A stretch of DNA of 64,000 nt from a virus (lineage: Duplodnaviria; Heunggongvirae; Uroviricota; Caudoviricetes), in IMG/VR virus record IMGVR_UViG_3300047317_000139; one strand, 5' to 3'. Positions 62,535-64,000 of the stretch are shown here, piece by piece. Made by a program: the position numbers and the translations under genes. The number at the start of each line of letters is the position of its first letter. Position 1 is the stretch's first letter. The notes under the pieces are model-generated. The model did no database searches and was not told where the DNA came from. It saw only the letters and a program-made list of their open reading frames with translations.

Positions 62535-62678
62535 TCAGCCCGCGCGATGCGAGCTGTCTTCCATGTCGGGGTCGTAGTCGCCCATCTCGTTCTTGGCCTT
62601 GCGGGTGAAGTAGGCCTCCATGAACACGCAGGTGATCACGGAGGAGCCCACTGCGGTGAGTACTGTCTGCAGCCACAT
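62535..62678 (-). CDS. small single-TM membrane peptide (47 aa, MWLQTVLTAVGSSVITCVFMEAYFTRKAKNEMGDYDPDMEDSSHRAG)
   Basis: AAGGAGG RBS. The ATG is adjacent to the lipoprotein stop. The frame was checked against the table ORFs. Coordinates are approximate. Confidence 0.35.
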   Translation of the reverse strand: MWLQTVLTAVGSSVITCVFMEAYFTRKAKNEMGDYDPDMEDSSHRAG

Positions 62679-63604
62679 CACTGGCCTCCTTGTGGGACGG
62701 TGCCGCCGACGATGTACTGCGGCTGGTACGGGTTCCCGCCCTGAGCGATCAGCTGGGCCTCGTTGTAGGCCCGGACCGCCTGTGCGGGAGTCATGCCCTT
62801 CAGCTCGTAGCCCTCGATGCCGGCACGCTGCTTCGCGGCCTCTGCCTTGGCCACCGCGGTCTCCGCGACTGCCTTGGCCTTGTCCGCCTTCGCCTGGGCC
62901 CGTGCTGCATCGGCCTGAGCGACCAGGGTCTGCTCAGAGGCCACCGCGGCAGCGAGGTCCGGGTTCTGCGGCTGTGGGGTACCGACCAGGACGGAGATGC
63001 CGTCAAAGTACTGACCCTTGGCGGTCTGCACCATCAGCGAGCTGTCGGACTGCAGAGCAGCGTTCATCTGCTGCTCGATCTCGGTCTTGGTCTTCGGGTC
63101 GTTCCAGACGTTCTGCCAGTTGTACTGCTGGACGATCCGGTCCAGGGTCTGGTCGGACGGGTCGGCGACCAGCTTCCGGAGCAGGGTCTCCCACTGGTCG
63201 TTGTAGCTGCCGTTGCTCTTGAAGGACACCCCGTACCGACGCGCGTAGGAGGTGTAGAACTTCTCCAGCGTGGGGCAGTCGGTCTTCAGGGTGAAGCGGA
63301 TGGTGACGGGGATGTTCATCACCACCTTGTCCTTGGTGACCGAGGTGAAGTCCTTGCTGTCAGAGCCCTGCTGGCCGGTGGCGTCCCACTCCCGCTCGGA
63401 GGTGGGGAACAGGGGGTAGGAGTCGTTGGTCTGCCAGAAGTGCTTCCGCGATGCGGAGTCGACACATCCGACGACCTGCTTGGAGTCTGTCGGTCCGCTC
63501 TTCACGTGGACCGCGACCATGTCTGAGGGCACGTTGTAGCCGCACCCGCTCAATACGAGGCCGCCCCCGACCAGCGCGAGGGCGACCTTCTTCGTTCTGT
63601 TCAT
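62678..63604 (-). CDS. lipoprotein (signal peptide + lipobox LSGC) with a C-terminal Ala/Glu/Lys-rich coiled-coil; SPFH/band-7-like or superinfection-exclusion-like
   Basis: MNRTKKVALALVGGGLVLSGCGYN is a lipoprotein signal peptide. The C-terminal AQADAARAQAKADKAKAVAETAVAKAEAAKQRA is a coiled-coil. The family assignment is tentative. Confidence 0.55.
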   Translation of the reverse strand: MNRTKKVALALVGGGLVLSGCGYNVPSDMVAVHVKSGPTDSKQVVGCVDSASRKHFWQTNDSYPLFPTSEREWDATGQQGSDSKDFTSVTKDKVVMNIPVTIRFTLKTDCPTLEKFYTSYARRYGVSFKSNGSYNDQWETLLRKLVADPSDQTLDRIVQQYNWQNVWNDPKTKTEIEQQMNAALQSDSSLMVQTAKGQYFDGISVLVGTPQPQNPDLAAAVASEQTLVAQADAARAQAKADKAKAVAETAVAKAEAAKQRAGIEGYELKGMTPAQAVRAYNEAQLIAQGGNPYQPQYIVGGTVPQGGQ

Positions 63605-63786
63605 GTGGTTCCGGGTTCCTTCCCGATGGTGATGATCGTCTGGCCCTCGTGGTGACGGGTCATGACATTGGTGTACGGAGCTCCGACGACGAGGGTGAGC
63701 TCGTCGCGGAACGTGGAGATCTCAACCACAGCGATCTCGTCGGTGAAGTGCATCACCGTGTCGATCTTCGGGATCGGGATGCTCAT
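63601..63786 (-). CDS. hypothetical protein (61 aa)
   Basis: ORF table; ATGA overlaps. Confidence 0.4.
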   Translation of the reverse strand: MSIPIPKIDTVMHFTDEIAVVEISTFRDELTLVVGAPYTNVMTRHHEGQTIITIGKEPGTT

Positions 63787-64000
63787 GGCGCTGCGTTGTA
63801 GAGCGACGTGGTGCCGACGAATGCTCCGGACCAGTCCCAGTTGTCGAGCCAGTAGGCGTTGAAGTCACGCTCATCCAGCTCGACCTGGTCGTTCACCTCT
63901 GCTTCGAGGCGAGCGATCATGACGTCGTAGGAGTGTGCGTAGCTGACCGGCTTCGGCAGCGACATCAGAGGGTTGAAGCTCTTGTTGTTGAGCGTCTTGG
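63783..64000 (-). CDS. hypothetical protein, probably 5'-truncated by the window edge
   Basis: The open frame continues to the end of the window. The table start at 63965 may not be the real start. Confidence 0.35.
   Translation of the reverse strand, partial: KTLNNKSFNPLMSLPKPVSYAHSYDVMIARLEAEVNDQVELDERDFNAYWLDNWDWSGAFVGTTSLYNAAP

Noticed and set aside
62386-62676. 96-aa table ORF on the minus strand (MAADSTHRSGLLRDHLRV...)
   Set aside because: It is an Arg-rich frame overlapping two better-supported small genes (62535..62678 and 62382..62525). Those genes have strong RBSs and sensible hydrophobic or acidic peptides. The 96-aa ORF is judged a GC-shadow ORF.
1-64000. Integrase, excisionase-att pair, tRNA integration site or a diversity-generating retroelement (reverse transcriptase near the repeat-rich fibre gene)
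   Set aside because: No tyrosine or serine recombinase motifs, no reverse transcriptase motifs and no template/variable repeat pair were found on either strand. The lysogeny status cannot be determined from this window.

Overview
This window is a dense, high-GC (roughly 65-70%) phage genome segment resembling an actinobacteriophage of siphovirus type, carried as free phage DNA or a prophage. No integrase, tRNA, rRNA or CRISPR array is recognisable.

Layout by arm:
- Left arm (+ strand, about 1-13.8 kb): an early/replication module. It holds a compact DnaE-like DNA polymerase III alpha (PHP domain), an HNH endonuclease, a Cas4/RecB-like PD-(D/E)XK nuclease, several HTH regulators, a RuvC-like resolvase and a WhiB-like Fe-S regulator. 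It also holds two paralogous endonuclease/exonuclease/phosphatase (EEP)-family proteins flanking a ribbon-helix-helix gene preceded by a four-copy palindromic operator array, and a moron-like patch of three ~30-aa single-TM peptides interleaved with two Sec-secreted proteins (one with RTX Ca-binding repeats).
- About 13.8-24.8 kb (+): collagen-like proteins and a 2288-aa collagen-like tail fibre with a C-terminal phage tail-collar domain, two very acidic small proteins, a standalone M23 peptidase and a 2-TM holin-like protein. All of these lie upstream of the terminase.
- About 25-54.2 kb (+): a complete head-tail morphogenesis module. In order: large terminase, portal, a 1168-aa protein, a MuF-like minor head protein, an XkdF-like putative prohead protease, basic internal proteins, scaffold, major capsid, connectors, major tail protein, chaperones with a -1 frameshift, a 1897-aa tape measure with M23 and transglycosylase domains, and tail-tip proteins.
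- About 54.2-54.4 kb: a convergent terminator zone.
- About 54.4-64.0 kb (- strand): a leftward-transcribed early arm. It encodes an HNH endonuclease, an AAA+ ATPase, zinc-ribbon proteins, a Lys-rich membrane protein, small membrane peptides and an SPFH/coiled-coil-like lipoprotein, punctuated by strong GC hairpins.

Most notable observations:
- A family of basic, Gly-rich proteins sharing an N-terminal peptide SA(W/F)G(I/V)(D/E)HG..SK, mostly in the head module.
- The repressor-controlled EEP-nuclease locus.
- The secreted/TM cluster.
- The acidic protein pair.
- The MuF protein, which carries a repeat linker and an uncharacterised C-terminal domain.

Coordinates of features I derived myself (small ORFs, hairpins, repeats) may be off by a few nucleotides; ORF-table coordinates were used as anchors.
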